Assembly: GCA_024704765.1 (NCBI GenBank)
Contig: JAKMXF010000354.1
Coordinates: 233,690 to 297,689, forward strand
Direction: 5' to 3'
Length of the DNA: 64,000 bases
From: Oopsacas minuta
Lineage: Eukaryota > Animalia > Porifera
Both the position numbers and the translations under genes were made by a program. The notes beneath the pieces were generated by a model that saw only the letters and a program-made list of their open reading frames with translations, was not told the origin of the DNA and searched no databases. Positions 1 to 12,100 of the stretch are shown here, piece by piece. Each line of letters opens with the position of its first letter. The stretch's first letter is position 1.

Positions 1-2
1 AT

Positions 3-138
3 GGGTATTTATACTTTGACAGATTGGTGAATAAAGTGAGTACAGATGAAGCACTGAGAAATACACAAACACAACTTTGCTGAACGACAGACAGATGGCT
101 TCACAATGACTCCTATGGGAAAGTACCAGATTGAATAA
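3..138 (+). CDS. Possible 3' end of an upstream gene (exons 3-35 and 91-138, 55-bp intron 36-90); product unidentified
   Basis: Open frame GYLYFDRLVNK, GTGAGT donor at 36, CAG acceptor ending at 90, then TDGFTMTPMGKYQIE-TAA. No family recognised. Confidence 0.3.
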
Positions 139-724
139 TACAATATAAATAATACTGTCTTGTAAAAGGTGTCCATCTTATACTTAAATTTAATTCAGAA
201 CTGCTTAGTAGGCTTTAAACTAATTTAGATTTTTGAGATACGAATTTAGATCAGTAATTTAATTAAGCATTCCCAGTAAAGAACAGATGTCTTCTTTAAG
301 GTTTTTTGAATATCTAACTAACGTTTATAGAAATAGACCATTAAATTTGTGGTTGAGCAATTAAGACTTCCTAGAATCACCTGTGATTGGTACCAGTAAA
401 CATATAAAAAAGTACATTACATGCTGCTACGTGGCTTTTAGAAACGGTATATTTTACGCTGAGTAACTTTATGATCCAACATTGAAATCATGTTTACTTA
501 GGGACTAATTAGTGGTTTTACGAACAGACTATATTTATCCGTAATTGTTGAATAATTGATATTCGATTAAAATTCGGAACTGTTGTCAAAATATTTTCGA
601 TGATTGTTGCAAATTGTAGCGATTTCTAAGGCATTAGTCGATCACCAAATTAATGTTCGGAGATCGTGATCCCGATCCTTGTGCCAAAAGGATCGTAACT
701 ACGTTCACGATAATTTTTCTGAAA

Positions 725-915
725 TTTATATGCACCTCCCATAGGGAGATGCTTATGCTTTATTACGTGCGTCCGTCCGTGCATCCTCGCAGCAATGCGA
801 ATTCTACCAGTCCGATTGCCATGAAATTTATTACATACATTTTGATATACATATCGCGGTCTAGATTCGCGAATTTTCTCCGATCGTCGAAAATAGATCG
901 TGCGATTCTAGTGTC
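725..915. mobile_element. Possible non-autonomous Helentron/DINE-1-like element
   Basis: Hairpin GCACCTCCC-ATA-GGGAGATGC (732-752), GTCCGTCCGT microsatellite (771-780) and CCGATTGCCATGAAATTT (812-829). This order resembles DINE-1/HINE elements. Boundaries uncertain. Confidence 0.4.
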
Positions 916-1270
916 CTATAATATTCAAATGGGTTTGTAATGTAGTTGTTGTGAATAGTGGTTGGTTGTGTTTGTTGTTGTCGTGTGAAGTTTTACGTAT
1001 TCTTATAATCCAGTTCACAGTAGAATTGTATATCATAAAGTCCAGTCATCCCTATGAACCATTTTCCATAATATAACTATCTTATTATAGGCAATTAACG
1101 AGATTTTTTGAAAATCACGTTACTTCCCTTAATAAGGTAGTCGATGTGCTGTTTGGTCAAACAAGGTTCACAGTTGGTGAAAATTTGTATGCTATTTCGT
1201 ATATTGTAACTGATAAAACATTCAGTTTTATTAGAGGCTGAGAAAATAAGAAATTAAAATTTCCTGTTTA

Positions 1271-1855
1271 TCATTGAGTATCCATAGCTGTAAAGCAAGA
1301 TTGCTTCAAAGTGTGAGAACTTGTAATAATATTCCCAAACGGTACTTCAGTCAGGTCTGAGGTAGAATTATCCATCACGGTTGTTTGTTTTAGACTTTTC
1401 TCTAAAGTAGCTGATTCGTTAACTTTAAATATTATGTCATAAGAGAGTTTAGAAGGTAATTGTAGCATACACAACTGAGTCTTTAATTCTATGTCTTTGA
1501 AAGCAGCGCTAATTGAGTTCTCAGTATTTCGTATAGAAACTTGTTTATCAGTGTAATCCAAAGAGAAATCCCATTTCTCGACTATACTCTCATTCAAACT
1601 CTCGTATAGTATTAGCTCTATACAGTGTACATGCTTGCTTTGTATCCAACCACGTAGCACACTGATTGCATCATCCAAGAAATTCTTATCAAATGAATCT
1701 GATAGTTTACTTACAACCATCTCAAGATAGTTCTCATTATAGAAACTACTCTCTGGTAAAACTGATCTGAGCTTTAGAATGTGGCAGATACAGAGCTCTA
1801 GATAGGTTAGCATTTGTTGGTTGCTACCAGATACAGAGAATACCTGCATGGACAT
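1271..1855 (-). CDS. HORMA-domain protein (MAD2/REV7/HORMAD superfamily), divergent, intronless
   Basis: 194 aa; LELCICHILKLRSVLPESSF matches HORMA 'ILYxRxIYPxxxF'; GWIQ...IVEKWDFSL matches MAD2 DWLY...LERWQFDI; C-terminal FGNIITSSH resembles the HORMAD/MAD2 end strands. Confidence 0.75.
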   Translation of the reverse strand: MSMQVFSVSGSNQQMLTYLELCICHILKLRSVLPESSFYNENYLEMVVSKLSDSFDKNFLDDAISVLRGWIQSKHVHCIELILYESLNESIVEKWDFSLDYTDKQVSIRNTENSISAAFKDIELKTQLCMLQLPSKLSYDIIFKVNESATLEKSLKQTTVMDNSTSDLTEVPFGNIITSSHTLKQSCFTAMDTQ

Positions 1856-2128
1856 TGAATAATCTAAATTTAGAGAGTAAGATAGTTGGATAAATATTAT
1901 AAATACATATCACATGCATATGAACGCTCTATGTTGCAGTCCAACTGCGAAATTTGGTCATTCCGGAATGGGCCAATTTATGTCATTTTAAAAACAATAT
2001 ACATGTGATAAGGTCCTTCACATGTGTTTTCTCGAATCAGCTGTAACCAGCCTAGAGGTATCGATGGTGTCATTCTTTGATAGTTTACGTAGGCTGCATC
2101 ATTATACTTTAATGGGTAATTAATTAGA

Positions 2129-2773
2129 TTAATGAAATGAAAAATCTAAACATTTCTCCTTAATTTCAAACAAATATCCAAGATTTCCATATCTCAGTGC
2201 TACTTGATGTGCTGTATCACAACTACTGCTAACAATATTACAGTCAGTAGCAGAGTGCATTAATAGAATACTCATAATATCACGAGACTGATTGTTTGAA
2301 GCAGCCATGTGTAGTGGAGTGAGTCCTCCAGCAGATTGTGAATTAGGATCAGCTCCATTTTGTAATAGTACCTCTACTGCAGAAGTTTTGTTCCATTTAC
2401 AAGCACAGTGTAATGGTTGCCATCCATCCATGGTACGATTGTTAATATCAGCTCCACAGTCAAGTAGCAACTCAATAGCTTGTTTATGTCCATTATAAGC
2501 AGCTCTGTGTAGAGCTGTATATCCATCACTGTCACGGGAGTTTATTATACTCGGAAATATGGAATGAATGTGTCGTATAGAATCTGTATCACCATTCTCT
2601 CCAGCTTCTAGTAACAGTTCTTCTGCTTGTTCTTGTGTTAGAGAATTCAGTTGTGAAGTGCTTAGCTGCTTCTTCAATGGTTTGTTATCTTCCTGCATCC
2701 AATACTCACTGTGTGCTACAGCCATAGAATCCCATATCTCATCGTCTCTATCATTATCAATTGAACCTGCCAT
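2129..2773 (-). CDS. ANKRD49: Ankyrin repeat domain-containing protein 49-like
   Basis: DSDGYTALHRAAYNGH, DGWQPLHCACKWN, GGLTPLHMAASN and YLFEI align with ANKRD49. First ATG at 2773. Confidence 0.85.
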   Translation of the reverse strand: MAGSIDNDRDDEIWDSMAVAHSEYWMQEDNKPLKKQLSTSQLNSLTQEQAEELLLEAGENGDTDSIRHIHSIFPSIINSRDSDGYTALHRAAYNGHKQAIELLLDCGADINNRTMDGWQPLHCACKWNKTSAVEVLLQNGADPNSQSAGGLTPLHMAASNNQSRDIMSILLMHSATDCNIVSSSCDTAHQVALRYGNLGYLFEIKEKCLDFSFH

Positions 2774-2833
2774 CACTAGTATTATACTGGAATATAAATA
2801 TGGATAATGCTTCTTCAGGAATTGAAAGTGTTA

Positions 2834-3012
2834 CAGTAAACCCTCGTTATATCGAAACTCGAAGGGACCGCGAAAATACTTCGATATACTAAGCAGAGTC
2901 CAATAACGAATATAATTTTTTATACTTTTGACGGTTTGCGACCATATACGTATTTACTGTATCAGGCTCGATTTGGATATAAGCGGGAATTTTGATATAA
3001 CGAAGTTGACTG
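2834..3012. mobile_element. Tc1/pogo-type MITE (~180 bp)
   Basis: TA|CAGTAAACCCTCGTTATATC at 2832-2853 and imperfect inverse GATATAACGAAGTTGACTG|TA ending 3014; TA flanks both ends. Confidence 0.7.
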
Positions 3013-3093
3013 TATTCAGTATATGCTATAATTCAAACAACAACTATATAAATACATACCTTGTTTAACAGATAATATAGCACTTGTATCTAT

Positions 3094-4611
3094 CTATTGG
3101 GCAAGTTGTGGAATAACAGTATCTCCATTAACATTCCATATCTTGTATTCAGCACTAGAGAGTTCTCTATTGATAACTAGTTTGTATTTGGATTGAGGGA
3201 ATGATACCACAGATCTTGGTTCTATCACTATACCACTAATAGTGAAATCAAGAATACGGAAATTGATAAGAATATAAGCAGTGAGTCCAGTACAGAGAGG
3301 GTCTTCCCCTGGTACAGATTCTCCCGGGTCTTCTGGGAATGTTACTGTAGCTTGTAATGTTTGTTCTAGGTTTTTAGGAAATTTCTTATCAACATTCCAG
3401 ATTAGGCGTCTCTGGTCGCTAGAAATAGATACCTGCATAGAAGCAGGACGTATATCAGCTGTTTGAATAGGACCTCTGTTAAAGAGAGGGATAGTAATTT
3501 CAAGATATTCAAAGTTATTCCTTACTCGTTCATCTAATTTCAAATGAATATAGAACTCTAATTTATGTGTACCTTTCATTTCATAGTATGCTTTGATTGG
3601 AGCAAAATCAGAGTGTACTGGCAGATTCCTCTCAGAGCAGGAATACTCACATACCGTGAACCATCCGAGGGGAGGAGAGAATCGTATTTTTGTAGAAGAA
3701 GTGGTGTGAGCAAGCATGAGAGGTCCTTGTAGCGTAATTGAGTTCGTTTCTTCAGGATCAGGAGTTGAAGCTTGAGCATCAAACATGTGAACACTTGGAT
3801 GTGTGTGTATAGTTCGTAGGCCAAATCCTCCCTGGGGGATAACCAGGTTAAGCGTTATCTCAGGGACTCCTTCTAGCTCTGTTTTACACTGCACAGTACC
3901 GTAAGTGTTCCAGAACGTAGTAGAACGAGTAAGATCCCATTGTGTGAGTTGAACTTTCTCTGCAATTTTCAGAGTTAGTTTAGGATTACCTTTGAATACC
4001 ACAGGTTTCCAAGAGGGTAGATCAGGCAGTTGGGAGGGTAGTGTCTGCTCAGTGAGTACTGGTACATAAGACGAATATGTATTCACATTAGTTTCTAGAA
4101 TTGTCCCCATAGGGACAGATATAGACAGAAACTGGTGTAGAGAAGAAAGGAAAGGACCATCAACTTTAATCTTTTCAGGTGAATTGCTTAATATCTGTGC
4201 CATAGAAATCAATAGCTCTAATGCTACTGGTATTGAAGGTATTTCAATAGGAATAGGTCTCTCTTCTGATAGCTTATGTTGTGACAAGGGTAGTGTTACA
4301 AAGTATATGTTCTTCTGTTGAATTAACACTACAGGCCATAATCTGCCTTCAAACAATTCATACACAGGTTTAGACCAATTCTTATCACAAGATCTAATGG
4401 TAGTCTGGCTCAAGTCATTCTCCCTCACTGAGCCAACCTCCTGCATAACTGCATTACACATATCTTTGTCGGATGGCACTGGGAAGTGCGGAAAAGGTTT
4501 GGAGGAATATTTCAGTGCTCTTCTTTCTATGTTAGGATAACGACGGGAGTATAGTACTGATGGGGGATGATCTGAGTAGTCTAAAATAACCCAAACTCCA
4601 CGAATTGACAT
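3094..4611 (-). CDS. AP5M1: AP-5 complex subunit mu-1 (MUDENG), intronless
   Basis: N-terminus RGVWVI...VLYSRRYPNIERRA and LWPVVLI match AP5M1; C-terminal mu-homology domain (GTVQCKTELEG, IRFSPP, LIWNV). Confidence 0.9.
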   Translation of the reverse strand: MSIRGVWVILDYSDHPPSVLYSRRYPNIERRALKYSSKPFPHFPVPSDKDMCNAVMQEVGSVRENDLSQTTIRSCDKNWSKPVYELFEGRLWPVVLIQQKNIYFVTLPLSQHKLSEERPIPIEIPSIPVALELLISMAQILSNSPEKIKVDGPFLSSLHQFLSISVPMGTILETNVNTYSSYVPVLTEQTLPSQLPDLPSWKPVVFKGNPKLTLKIAEKVQLTQWDLTRSTTFWNTYGTVQCKTELEGVPEITLNLVIPQGGFGLRTIHTHPSVHMFDAQASTPDPEETNSITLQGPLMLAHTTSSTKIRFSPPLGWFTVCEYSCSERNLPVHSDFAPIKAYYEMKGTHKLEFYIHLKLDERVRNNFEYLEITIPLFNRGPIQTADIRPASMQVSISSDQRRLIWNVDKKFPKNLEQTLQATVTFPEDPGESVPGEDPLCTGLTAYILINFRILDFTISGIVIEPRSVVSFPQSKYKLVINRELSSAEYKIWNVNGDTVIPQLAQ

Positions 4612-5107
4612 ATCTAATAAATATTAATAAATAAATAACTTAGGATATACATATAAAGTATGAAAGTTTAACTTGCATAATCCAGATTATACGATGGTTG
4701 GATGATACGAGTATTGTATTATGAGGGATCGTGTAATAGCTCGAATGTACGTACACGTATACTGTGGGTATATTAGATCAACGAATTTTCGTCGCTGGAA
4801 ATTTGGTACCAGAGAAAATTAAACCCCCCTCCCTATAGCAATGAATATTCTATTCATGACAACTAAGGAATGCTTTATGTAGTGCAAAATATACCTCGCT
4901 ATTCCCCAACACTTGAAACATATTATCAAACAAGGAATAAAATATAACGAAAATATTCCTAGAACCAAATTACAGGAATTAATATCCTGAAGAACATCGT
5001 TCCTCCTTCGCCATGTAGACACAAAGAGAAGATGAAGTTCATTAACTTAAATTTTAATCAGATCTATAACAGGTGATAAAACAGAATGAAATATTAATAA
5101 ATCAGAA

Positions 5108-8092
5108 TCAAGAATTTGGAGGCCATGATGTAGATAATTGAGAGCTTATATTACGAGGTAACCAATGACAATACTCTTTAAATAGAAAAGTAGTATCTGT
5201 ACTCCACTCATTTTGAATTGTTACTTTACTCATAACATTCTTACTTCTCAGAGTATTGACAATATTCTCAGTCTCCTTAAGATATTTACCCCAAGGTTTG
5301 ACTAAACATTGAGTAGGATATCTCAGTAATTGAGAGTACTTTAAGAGTGACTCAAACACTTGTCCTTCTAAGAATGCTTTGGCAAATAGCTTATAAGTAA
5401 TAATATCAGATGAAGACATTTGTATTGGATAAGGAGGGAATCTCCATGACATGTTGTGATAGGAAAATTGCTTGAATTGTTTTAACACACCAGAGTTACT
5501 ATCGTAGATAGGAGCAGGGAATTGGAGTGGTGGTGAAAATGTGCAATAAGAATCGCAGACTTGAGGTATCCACAATAATTCGATTGGAAACAAACAACGC
5601 ATGTACATTTTGTTAGATTCGATTATATCTATAAATGCTACCCACTCAATGCTAGTTTGTTTTTTATATAAACAGCTGAATGGGTATATATATACAGGGG
5701 CTGAAGTGAGAGAGCATTCATATACTGGAATACGACTATCTGAATGATTTTCTGACTGATTTGATAAGTTAGCAATATGATCACCAAATCCTGACAGCAT
5801 TGCTCTACACAGTTTAATCTGTAGCTTTTTATCAGGAGGTAGGAGTTTATCTTTATGATTGAGATTTAGCTGTGGATACAGTCTGTTGAGAGATGAAGTT
5901 AGCAATTTCCGTAGCTTTAGTATTTCAATTATTTTTGTATCATTAATCCCATAAACATCACTTATTGTAGTTAATTCATCTTCAAAATCAGAAGCACAAA
6001 CTATTTTCAGAATTAACATTAAATCTCCCATCCAGCCGTCTTTAAGGTAAGATGGGGATATTCTAGAAGAATTACTAAACACCTGATCTAGAGTTGAGAG
6101 TCCGGAAATAATACAAATCAGATAATGTATCATATCCAATGAATGTGAATACTCGATCAATATTCTAGCTAATCTCGGTGCTATTGGCAGATTATTCATA
6201 TTCCTACCCAGAGAAGTTGGGACGGAATAATATGTACCATCAGTGACTCTCCTAGGAGATAAAGCGCCCAATTTGCATAATAAAATATCAGCTGACTCTA
6301 AGAGCTCTCTATCAGGTGGAGTAGGAAAAGGGAAGTTAGAAACATTTTGAATATTCATGCATTTCATTTGCAAATACAAATCATCCAAAGGACATTGTAG
6401 AATATCGGGTTGAGTGTGTTCAGGGAATTCATTCAGGAATACGGAAGAAGAATACAATCTATACAAGTGACCAGCAGATGTACGGCCAGCACGACCTGCA
6501 CGTTGCTCTGCACTAGCTTGAGAACACCAATCAACTCTAAACGTACTTACACCAGTGACTCTATCAACTAGTCTTCTTTTAACCTTTCCCGTGTCTACTA
6601 CATACTTAACATCTGGTATAGTTATACTGGTCTCAGCTACATTTGTACTCACTACTATTCTACGAGTTCTGTTAGGAATAGGTGTAAATACATGAGACTG
6701 TTCAAGTGTGGATAGCTGAGCGTGGAGAGGAAGGATCTGTAAAGCAATAGAGTCATTTTTACTCTGTGTGAAGTTATGTTCTTTCGTTAATTTCTCATAT
6801 TCAGATTGTATTCTATCACAAAGTGAATAAATCTCTCTTTTGCTAGTTAGAAACACTAGTATAGTTCCTAAAGGCTGCGATAAGTGGATGTCAATTATCT
6901 TGTTAAGAGCTCTAGTGACGTAATCATCAGTTGTTACACGTGAGAAGTGTATAGTAACCGGGTACTGTCTAGATTCTATGTGAATTACAGGTGGAATTCT
7001 TTCTACAGGAAATAGTTTACGATTTTCAATGAAATCTTCTAACCGAAGAGTAGCAGACATTATCACCAGTTTGAGTGGATTATTCCTTTCAGCTCTGATT
7101 CTGACTACACGAGATAGAATACCAATAAGAATATCTGTGTATACACTACGTTCATGTGCTTCATCCAGACAAACTACAGAATAGCTTGTTAGTAGAAAAT
7201 CACTCTCCAACTCTTTCATAAGCACACCATCTGTCATGAACTTTATAAGAGTGTTAGGACTGATAAGTTTATTGAATCTAGTTTGGAATCCAATAACATC
7301 ACTATTTGAGAATCCCATTTCTTGGGCAACTCTAGTGGCCATTAAAACAGCCGCCAATCTCCTAGGCTCTGTGACGCAGATCAAGCCTCTCTTGCAGCTG
7401 AGGTCGGAGTCAGGATCTGCATATCCTGCCTCGTAGAGAAACTGAGGAACTTGTGTAGTCTTACCTGATCCAGTGGAACCTGAAATAATTGTTACATCAT
7501 TTTCTCCAATGCTCTCCATTATTTGATATTCTTCTGAGAAAATAGGTAATTTCCTACGAGCTAACTGAGATTCAACAGACCTGGGAACGATACGAACAGT
7601 TCTTAGTTTGATGTGATTATTTGACATTTTTGAACGAGAATAATTAATAAATTTACATAATTTCTGACTGATAAAATATTGAAATTTCTTTTGAGACAAT
7701 AAATTCTGTCTTCTATCAGATTCTGTATTAAGTATTTCTATAATTCTTTTCAGAGTTAGAGTACTAACTGGTTTATTTCTCGAATTTGTTATCAAATGTG
7801 AAAGTAGTATTGATATGTCTTTTCGAAAGATGAATGACCTCTTTGCCTTCAATAATTCTTTACAAACAGATTTGAAATTTGTTAGTGAAGAAACAGAGGA
7901 ACATAATGAATTGAGAATAATAGAGAATAACCATTTAATCGAATACAAACATCTTTTCTTCCTATATTTCAGTTTCCAAGCAATACGGCTGTAAATAACA
8001 AACTTGTTTGTATATAAAGTTTTTAATAAAATATATAGAAGTTTAGTTGGGAATCTCTTTTCAAGTTCCGAAATAGATTTTTGAGTTTTCAT
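5108..8092 (-). CDS. DHX37: DEAH-box RNA helicase DHX37 (Dhr1), intronless
   Basis: GSTGSGKTTQVPQFLYEAG, TEPRRLAA, FMTDGVL, DEAHERSVYTDILIG, MSAT, STNVAETSITIP, QRAGRAGR. First ATG at 8092; true start uncertain. Confidence 0.93.
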   Translation of the reverse strand: MKTQKSISELEKRFPTKLLYILLKTLYTNKFVIYSRIAWKLKYRKKRCLYSIKWLFSIILNSLCSSVSSLTNFKSVCKELLKAKRSFIFRKDISILLSHLITNSRNKPVSTLTLKRIIEILNTESDRRQNLLSQKKFQYFISQKLCKFINYSRSKMSNNHIKLRTVRIVPRSVESQLARRKLPIFSEEYQIMESIGENDVTIISGSTGSGKTTQVPQFLYEAGYADPDSDLSCKRGLICVTEPRRLAAVLMATRVAQEMGFSNSDVIGFQTRFNKLISPNTLIKFMTDGVLMKELESDFLLTSYSVVCLDEAHERSVYTDILIGILSRVVRIRAERNNPLKLVIMSATLRLEDFIENRKLFPVERIPPVIHIESRQYPVTIHFSRVTTDDYVTRALNKIIDIHLSQPLGTILVFLTSKREIYSLCDRIQSEYEKLTKEHNFTQSKNDSIALQILPLHAQLSTLEQSHVFTPIPNRTRRIVVSTNVAETSITIPDVKYVVDTGKVKRRLVDRVTGVSTFRVDWCSQASAEQRAGRAGRTSAGHLYRLYSSSVFLNEFPEHTQPDILQCPLDDLYLQMKCMNIQNVSNFPFPTPPDRELLESADILLCKLGALSPRRVTDGTYYSVPTSLGRNMNNLPIAPRLARILIEYSHSLDMIHYLICIISGLSTLDQVFSNSSRISPSYLKDGWMGDLMLILKIVCASDFEDELTTISDVYGINDTKIIEILKLRKLLTSSLNRLYPQLNLNHKDKLLPPDKKLQIKLCRAMLSGFGDHIANLSNQSENHSDSRIPVYECSLTSAPVYIYPFSCLYKKQTSIEWVAFIDIIESNKMYMRCLFPIELLWIPQVCDSYCTFSPPLQFPAPIYDSNSGVLKQFKQFSYHNMSWRFPPYPIQMSSSDIITYKLFAKAFLEGQVFESLLKYSQLLRYPTQCLVKPWGKYLKETENIVNTLRSKNVMSKVTIQNEWSTDTTFLFKEYCHWLPRNISSQLSTSWPPNS

Positions 8093-8193
8093 AAGACTTA
8101 TGCTAATAAATTTCAAATACGTATAAACAAAATACCAAAAATTTCAAAATTATTTCCATAAACACCAATTTATTCTGAATTTAGTAGCTACTA

Positions 8194-8638
8194 CTGAGAT
8201 GGAACCGGTCTAGGGATCAACAGTAGATATCAAAGGATGCGCTTAAATCATAGACCTAATTACAAGTGTTACAAGCCAAATTTGAGTTATTTCGAGGTAT
8301 TAAAGGTGCATAGGTCATGCGGTTAATTAAGTGGTGTATAAAAGCTAATGTAACCATTTTGCCTTTTCTAATATCAATGACTGAAGTTTCCTCCTTGGAA
8401 CTCGAATAATGTGTTAAATAAGCTAAAACAACATACAGGGTTACTTATCCACTAATCCCAAGGTAAATACACTCAACACCTCAAATAGTGTGCTAAAATA
8501 CGCTAGAACCATACCCAAGCTTTACACAGAACATTTAACGCGAATGCTCTGTGTATTATTTATTATATGGAGAAAATTCTTAGTCTATCAAATTAGTCAA
8601 GTAAACCGACCGGTCAACCCTGACCGTTTCCATCTCTG
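8194..8638. mobile_element. hAT-like MITE (~445 bp)
   Basis: TIRs CTGAGATGGAACCGGTCTAGGG (8194-8215) / CCCTGACCGTTTCCATCTCTG (8618-8638); 8-bp flanks AGCTACTA and AGCAACTA (7/8 match) as TSD. Confidence 0.75.
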
Positions 8639-8685
8639 AGCAACTAGCCACCCCAATTAATATAGAAAAATTATATATTTAAATA

Positions 8686-8919
8686 CAATTGAACTTCCGA
8701 GATCCGGGCACAGGGTACCCCATATACGAGTATGTCAACTTGGCGTCTCGCCAAAGCCGTGAGATTTGGCATTTCAGCATCAAAATGTACAGTGAAAAGA
8801 ATCATAAAATGGCGTGGGGAGAGATTACACTTTTTGACCTCTAAAAAGGTGTGAGACTCAGTTGACATCTCTGGTACCCTCCAGACGAGACTGCCCGGGG
8901 GATTTCAGAGGTTCTACTG
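8686..8919. mobile_element. Tc1/pogo-type MITE, same family as 53055-53429
   Basis: Left TACAATTGAACTTCCGAGATCCGGGCA; right GACGAGACTGCCCGG...AGGTTCTACTG|TA, shared with 53398-53431. Confidence 0.6.
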
Positions 8920-9115
8920 TAACATCATAGGTAGGAAAAGAATAATAAAAATAGCAATGTAACAAATAATCACACAAGTAGAAATCAGTATGTACAAATA
9001 TAATACATCTGAGTTAGTAAAACTAGTTCTATAAACACAGAGTCCTAGGGAGAAGATAAACGAAACAAGATATGATACCTAAAGTACATTCTTAACTAAT
9101 TAAAAATACTACAAA

Positions 9116-12100
9116 CTAATTTTGAGCTAGGTCATGAGGAAGTCGTCTTATTCCGAAATTGTTAAGAGCCAATTCAATCTCCGCTCCTTGGTACACATGA
9201 CATATTAGCAAGTGAATCAAACTCTTATCAAACAGATTCGCCAAATACTGGTTAAGCTCATACGTCATCTCAACTGGAAGACGTTCTCTTTTAAGTTCGT
9301 CTGTGTTGATAAGAATTGTATCTTTATCTTCATCAAGAAAGCACATACAAGCATTTCGTAACGGACGTCTTATTCGAGTACTAGTATCCAATATTTCGAT
9401 ATCAATCCTACTCACTGGAACTATTTCTAGTTTATTGATCTTATCAGTTATAGATAAGTATCCGTCTGCTAGCCTGTATTGATCCTCCTCTGTTTGATGG
9501 TAAATTTTTCTGTTTTTGATTCTAACTTTGCTCAAAATTTTAAGAGTATCGTGATAATAAATTCTCTTTAGCCCAGCAAATACTTCTACACTTTTCAATC
9601 TATTTTTCAATATATCGGCAAGATTATCTTCAGTGTTATATTTCTCATAAACCCATTGGGGTAATATCTGTTTAAACCTATCAGATAGGAATTTGATTCC
9701 AAGAATGTGAGGAGGAGCAAATGAACCTAATTTGTTGGGAGAGAGAGGTGCTAATATTCTGAGCTCTTCATCCACAGTGTGCACCCTGTTTAGGAGTTGA
9801 GTATCATCTCCATAGAAGAGGTGTGGGGAGTCGTATGAAATAAACTGATTCTTGTCACTGAGCAAGAGAATGCCCCCTCGTGCTATTTGCGTATCTGTAG
9901 GGAGAGAGTGGAGTTCTGAAATCAAGAAGGAAAATGCACTTTCCGATTTAGCACATAGAATATTATTTTGATTAAGCTGGTCACTACCATTTTCGCGGTG
10001 GATGCTCATCAGCACAAACTTGAAGTGTTCATAATTTGGATTTTCAGAAACCTTTAACTTCAACAGAAAATTAGTAACCTGTCTCAACTCGTGTGGACAT
10101 TGGAAGAGATAAGGACTAAGGTCATTACTCCAATTCATAACTAAATTCATAGGTTGATATAGTTTGGATTCAAAAAGTATACAATTTTTATTCTCAAACT
10201 CAGGAAGTGCGTTTGGACAATCCTGAAGATATTTGTAAGTTGCAATGAACAATTTCCTCAAATGTTGATCAACTTCCTCAAGAGTATAAATATTGCACAA
10301 CTCCATTAGTTTCTGTAAATGCTGTTTTACGAAGTGAATCGAAGGATTAAGCTTCAGACCCAGCAATTTCATTACTCGGTTGAAAGTAGTCTTAGAGGCA
10401 TCAGATACTGGATCTTTGAAGGATAAGACAGGATCAAAGATAGGAAATGACATACAGCAATAGTCATGGTGTTTGGATACGAGAGCCTGAGAGAAACATC
10501 CTAGCCTCCATTGTAGTCCAGGATTAACTACAGTTCCAACAAAAGTCTCTCTAACATGTAATGGTAGAAAGTTAAGTGTAGAAAATTGTTGAAGTAATAA
10601 GTCAACCTCCTCCGATTGATCCGAATAAATATGTGAATCCACAAAATCGATTAAAGCTTGAATTGGCAATTGAATATCATTGTATTCAAAATGATGGGGG
10701 TCATTCATAGCTACAACCTTCGCACAGTGCAAAATATCTTCCAAATTTATCTTAGTTTTTAAGCCAAGTGTGACTATCTTTGTGTATAGATCATTAACCT
10801 TAGCCCAGCATTGCGGAAGAAGTTTATCTACCTTGAAAGCAGCAAACAAATGAACATTGGAGCAATACAATTCGCTTGGTTTATACAAACATTGCTCATA
10901 ACCAGGAATATAAATAAACGGAAGTGATTTTAATATTGAAATCCAATCCTTATTCAGTGCAGAATGCTTGAATATGAAGAAAATAATAGCCTTCTGATCT
11001 TTAAACTCAAGACAAGGCAATACATTAATATTTAAGATGTAAGTCTCAATAAATTCATTTAGAGCTAAACAATGTATTCCAACCTGACTGCAAATGCTCA
11101 TGATTAAGTTGAGAGGATTGTGATGATTAATATGAGAAGAGAGAAAACAAATATTGTAAAGATCTCGCAGTTTTAGGATTAAATTCTCTGAAATTGGAAA
11201 TTTATCATCATTCAAATAACAAACTCGACATTCTTTGAGAGCAATAAGGTTATACTCATCGGGTTTGCATTCGGCTACAAACATTTTGATACGTGACAAA
11301 GTTTGCCAGTCACCACCCGACAAATATTTAAAAGTAATATTCGGAAACAGATTTCTTAATCTCTCAGCTTCCTCATCAGCTAATACAACTTCTATATTTT
11401 TAGCAGAACTAACACACTTGATAATACTGTTCCCATCAATTGTTCTAATTGCCTTAGATATTAAAAGATTCAATATTGGAGATACATTTTCTATTCCTTT
11501 AGGAGGATGTTTCTTATATTTTAAGTAGGGAGTCAAATGTAAGAAGGGACATTCAAACTTACATAAAATTTTTGTCAATAATGGCTCCATTTCGTCTGTA
11601 GCTAAATGAAAAAGGTGTGCAATTGGTTGGAACTCGGGATCTGCTAGTTGGTCTTTTCCATAGGTAACAGGGGCTAATTTGAAATGACTGAACTGAGCGA
11701 GTTTCTCGGGATCATGAACATTCTCGTAAATAAAATGCCAGAAGAGCAGGAAAAATTCTGGAGACGGTTGGTGGGATATGTACATATTGTGTTTTAGGAA
11801 CTGAATAGAAAGATTTTCAACATATCCATGGTGAGTCAATAGTTTGATAATGTGTGCATTGTATTCTTTAGATATAAATCTATCAGGATGGTGTGGCAGA
11901 AGCAAGGCATATTGTATTGTAAATGTTGGTTGTGTTAGGGAGAACCAACCAATAGTATTAGCAGAGTCTACCTTCAATGGAATGGAAGGAATTTGCTCCT
12001 CAGCTTTGGGGTCAATATCAAAGTGTGTCAGTATAAATTTCAAAATAATTAACAAGTTATAGAAGTTGAAAATACAGTTCTCCAAGGAACAGGGGTATTC

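Noticed and set aside
653-940. 95-aa plus-strand ORF
   Set aside because: Overlaps a repeat-like element, no domain, non-ATG or weak context.
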